A DNA stretch of 64,000 bases from Squalus acanthias (lineage: Eukaryota). The DNA is taken from NCBI GenBank assembly GCA_030390025.1, contig CM059432.1, forward strand, positions 143,966,001 through 144,030,000. The letters are read 5' to 3'. How positions within the stretch are numbered: position 1 is the first letter of the stretch; every line of letters begins with the position of its first letter. Shown here one piece after another: positions 60,896-64,000 of the stretch. The position numbers and the translations under genes were made by a program. The notes under the pieces were generated by a model that was not told the DNA's origin, did no database searches, and worked only from the letters and a program-made list of their open reading frames with translations.

Positions 60896-61892
60896 CACAG
60901 CCCTCAGCCAGAGCCAAGTACTCCTTGGCCTTCCAGGGGATGCTTCCAGGTCTTCGAAAGACAGGCTCCGATTGCCCTGGGTGTGTTGCGGGACTGGTGG
61001 AGCCTGGCCACGTGCATCTTCAGTGCTAACCTGGATTTGGAAGGAGCTGAAAGATGTTGGTCCCCGTGGAAACTCAATGTGGTTGACTCTGAAGTGTCCA
61101 CTCAGTCAGGGTAACTCGGAATGGGAATTAAATTCTGGCCTTGCCAGTGGCGCCCACATCCTGAGATAATAAAGAGAGTCTGGTAGCACAGTATAAACAA
61201 AGCCAGTGGCTCACAGTAACAGGGTAGGAAACAGTCAGAATGGAGGATATGGAAATAGAATCTCAATGATTTTCGTGTTCTATTTTTAGACCTGAATGAA
61301 TGTGGCTGCGAGTGTGTTTAGAGAAAAGTGAGTTTCAATCCTGATGTACTGACAAATCTTGTCGAAATTTCGGGGGAAACTCTCATTTGATATGACTAAT
61401 TAGACGGACTCCATGCTGGGGTTTTCTTTTGATGCCGGTCTGCTCGCTAATTGCCTGGCTGCTGGTGAAGAGCACAAGGCTAAGTTCAAATCCAGCAGTG
61501 GCTGGGTGCGTTTTATCCCTGTACTGTCGGTGCTGATGTGAAATGACACGCAGCAGACGGGAGGTGTGTTAATTTAACTGATTAGGCCTTTAACATTTAG
61601 CCAGAATTTGGAAGCTGTTCAATCCTTTCAAACACATCGCAAAACACACGAGGCATTAGCCTTAGAAACAGTGGTGCTGGTTTGTGTGGAATTAAAATGA
61701 AATGCAGTAAGCAATGGTTGTTTGTGGCTCACTGGAGGCATGCAAAAAGTATTGGTTATGATAAGGTAGAGCAGTGATGTAGAAGGATGTTCCCGCAGGT
61801 GATCACACTTTGTCCTTTATGTTCTGTCCTGTGATTTCCTTGATACACGAGATAAAAGTTTACCCTCCCACATTCAGGATTTTATTTTATAG

Positions 61893-62170
61893 ATAGAAAG
61901 ACTTGTATTTCTACAGCGCCTTTCACAACCTCATCCTAATCCCAATGTGCTTTACGGCTAATGAAGTCATTTTTGAAGTGTAGCCACTGTTGTAATGTAG
62001 GAAGCGCACAGATAATTTGCGCACAGCAAGCTCCAACAGCGATGTTTTAGTGATGTTGGTTGAGGGATAAATATTGGCCCCAGGACACCGGAGAGAACTC
62101 CCCTGCTCTTCTTCAAAATAGTGCCATGGGATCTTTTACATCCACCTGAGAGGGCAGACTTGGTTTAAGT
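61893..62170 (-). mobile_element. DeuSINE fragment
   Basis: Reverse complement of the SINE body and tail. Confidence 0.7.
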
Positions 62171-62179
62171 TGTTCTTAT

Positions 62180-62560
62180 TTTCAACTCCCTCCATGACCT
62201 CGCCCCTCCCTATCTCTGTAACCTCCTCCAGCCCTACAATCCTCCGAGATCTCTGCATTCCTCCAATTCTGGCCTCTTGAGCATCCCCAATTTTCATCGC
62301 TTCACCATTGGTGGCCGTGCCATCAGCTGCCCAGGTCCTAGGCTCTGGAATTCCCTCCCTAAACCTCTCCGCCTCTCTACCTCTCTTTCCTCCCTTTTAG
62401 ACGCTCCTTAAAACCTACCTACCTCTTTTTTTGGTCATCTGTCCTAATATCTCTTTATGTGGCTCGGTGTCAAATTTTGTTTGATAACACTCCTGTGAAG
62501 TACCTTGGGACGTTTTACTATGTTAGAGCTGCTATATAAATGCAAGTTGTTGTTGTTGTA
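62180..62560 (+). mobile_element. L2-like LINE 3' end
   Basis: ctcgcccctccctatctctgtaacctcctccagccctac...gctatataaatgcaag(ttg)n. Confidence 0.7.
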
Positions 62561-62941
62561 AACACAGCCATCATTTTACACACAGCAAGGATACCACAGA
62601 CAGCAAATCAGACGAGTGGCCAGTCAATGTTTCTTTTGGTAGTTGAGGGAGGAATATTGGCCAGGATACTGGGAGAACTCCCTGCTTTCTTTTGAAATAG
62701 GACCACAGGAGCTTCTAAATAAAATTGAATAGTAATTCAGTGAACCTTGCTGAGACCACACTTGGAGCACTCTGCACAGTTCTGGTCTCCATATTATAAA
62801 AAGGATATAGAAGCAGTGGAAAAAGTGCAAAAAGGATTTATTAGGATGTTACCAGAACTGAGAGGGTACAGCTATCAGGAAAGACTGAACAGGCTTGGAC
62901 ACTTTTCTCTAGAAAAGAGAAGGCTGAGGGGTGACCTCATA

Positions 62942-63817
62942 AGAACATAAGAAATAACAGCAGGAGTAGACCATACTGCCCTTCGAGCCTGCTCCGCCAT
63001 TCAATAAGATCATGGCTGATCATCGACCTCAACTCCACTTTCCCGCCCAATCTCCATATCCCTTGATTCCCCTAGAGTCCAAAAATCTAGCGATCTCAGC
63101 CTTGAATATACTCAAAGACTCAGCCTTCACAGCCCTCTGGGGCAGAGAATTCCAAAGATTCACAACCCTCTGAGTGAAGAAATTCCTCCTCATCTCAGTC
63201 TTAAATGGCCTACCCCTTATCCTGAGACTATGCTCCCTAGTTCTAGACACTCCAGCCAGGGGAACCAACCTCTCAGCATCTACCCTGTCAATCCCCTTCA
63301 GAATCTTGTATGTTTCAATGAGATCACCTCTCATTCTTCTAAACTCCAGAGAACATAGGCCCATTCTACACAATCTCTCATCATAGGACAGCCCTCTCAT
63401 CCCAGGAATCAATCTAGTGAACCTTCGTTGCACCGCCTCCAAGGCAAGTATATCCTTCTTTAGATAAGGAGACCAGAACTGTGCACAGTACTCCAGGTGT
63501 GGTCTCACCAAGGCCCTGTACAATTGTAGTAAGACTTCCTTACTCTTATACTCCAACCCCCTTGCAATAAAGGCCAACATGCCATTTGCCTTCCTTATTG
63601 CTTGCTGTACCTGCATGCTAGCTTTCTGTGTTTCTTGCACGAGGACACCCAAATCTCTCTGAACACCAACATTTGAAAGTTTCTCACCATTTAAAAAATA
63701 TTCTGTTTTTCTATTCTTCTTACAAAGTGAATAACCTCACATTTCCCTACATTATACTCCATCTGCCACCTTACTGCCCACTCACTTAGTCTATCTATAT
63801 CCCTTTGCAGACTCTTT
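62942..63817 (-). mobile_element. CR1 LINE 3' portion, interrupted at 63818
   Basis: Minus ORF 63029-63652 KANGMLAFI...RPHLEYCAQFWSP...FFTQRVVNLWNSLP; tail (ttcttatg)n. Confidence 0.88.
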
Positions 63818-64000
63818 GGGCTGGATTTTCAATGACCCGTGGAGTCGGGTTTGGAGGCGGTGGGGGGGGGGTTAAAGTTGCAGATTCGGGGGTCCCGACC
63901 CCATCCCGCCTCCAACCTGCCTCCATGCCAATTTCGCTGGCGGCGGGTACCCGACCTGTGCTGAGACCCGACTCCCCGAGGCGGGAAGGGATTAGTGACA
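63818..64000 (+). mobile_element. Start of a probable Harbinger-related element (runs off the window)
   Basis: gggctggattttc terminus and gggtcccgaccc subterminal motif, as in the 9133 and 55739 elements. Confidence 0.5.

Overview
Vertebrate genomic DNA, most likely from a cartilaginous fish, judged from the DeuSINE/SacSINE1-like SINEs, HER1-like CR1 LINEs and Penelope repeats. The one host gene is a complete TBX20 on the minus strand: 8 coding exons from 46245 to 26113, all with GT-AG boundaries, giving 1320 nt and 439 aa, with a CpG-rich promoter. The rest is mostly mobile DNA: a young Ty3/Gypsy LTR element (identical 215-bp LTRs, ATTAG target-site duplication [TSD]), a two-gene PIF/Harbinger transposon nested in a CR1 and itself interrupted by a LINE, a Penelope-type inverted repeat with hammerhead ribozymes, and many LINE/SINE fragments. 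The most unusual observations are these. (1) The Gypsy element has no tRNA primer-binding site (PBS). Instead it has a 13-nt complement to its own LTR, suggesting self-priming and/or poly(A)-signal occlusion. (2) Several minisatellites in TBX20 are built from motif-like units: ZNF143-type sites just past the stop codon, FOX/T-box-like sites in introns, and a ~640-nt AG-free, branch-point-rich array just upstream of the exon 4 acceptor. (3) A SINE is inserted into the exon 7 splice donor. All calls were made by eye, and TE fragment boundaries are approximate unless a TSD is given.
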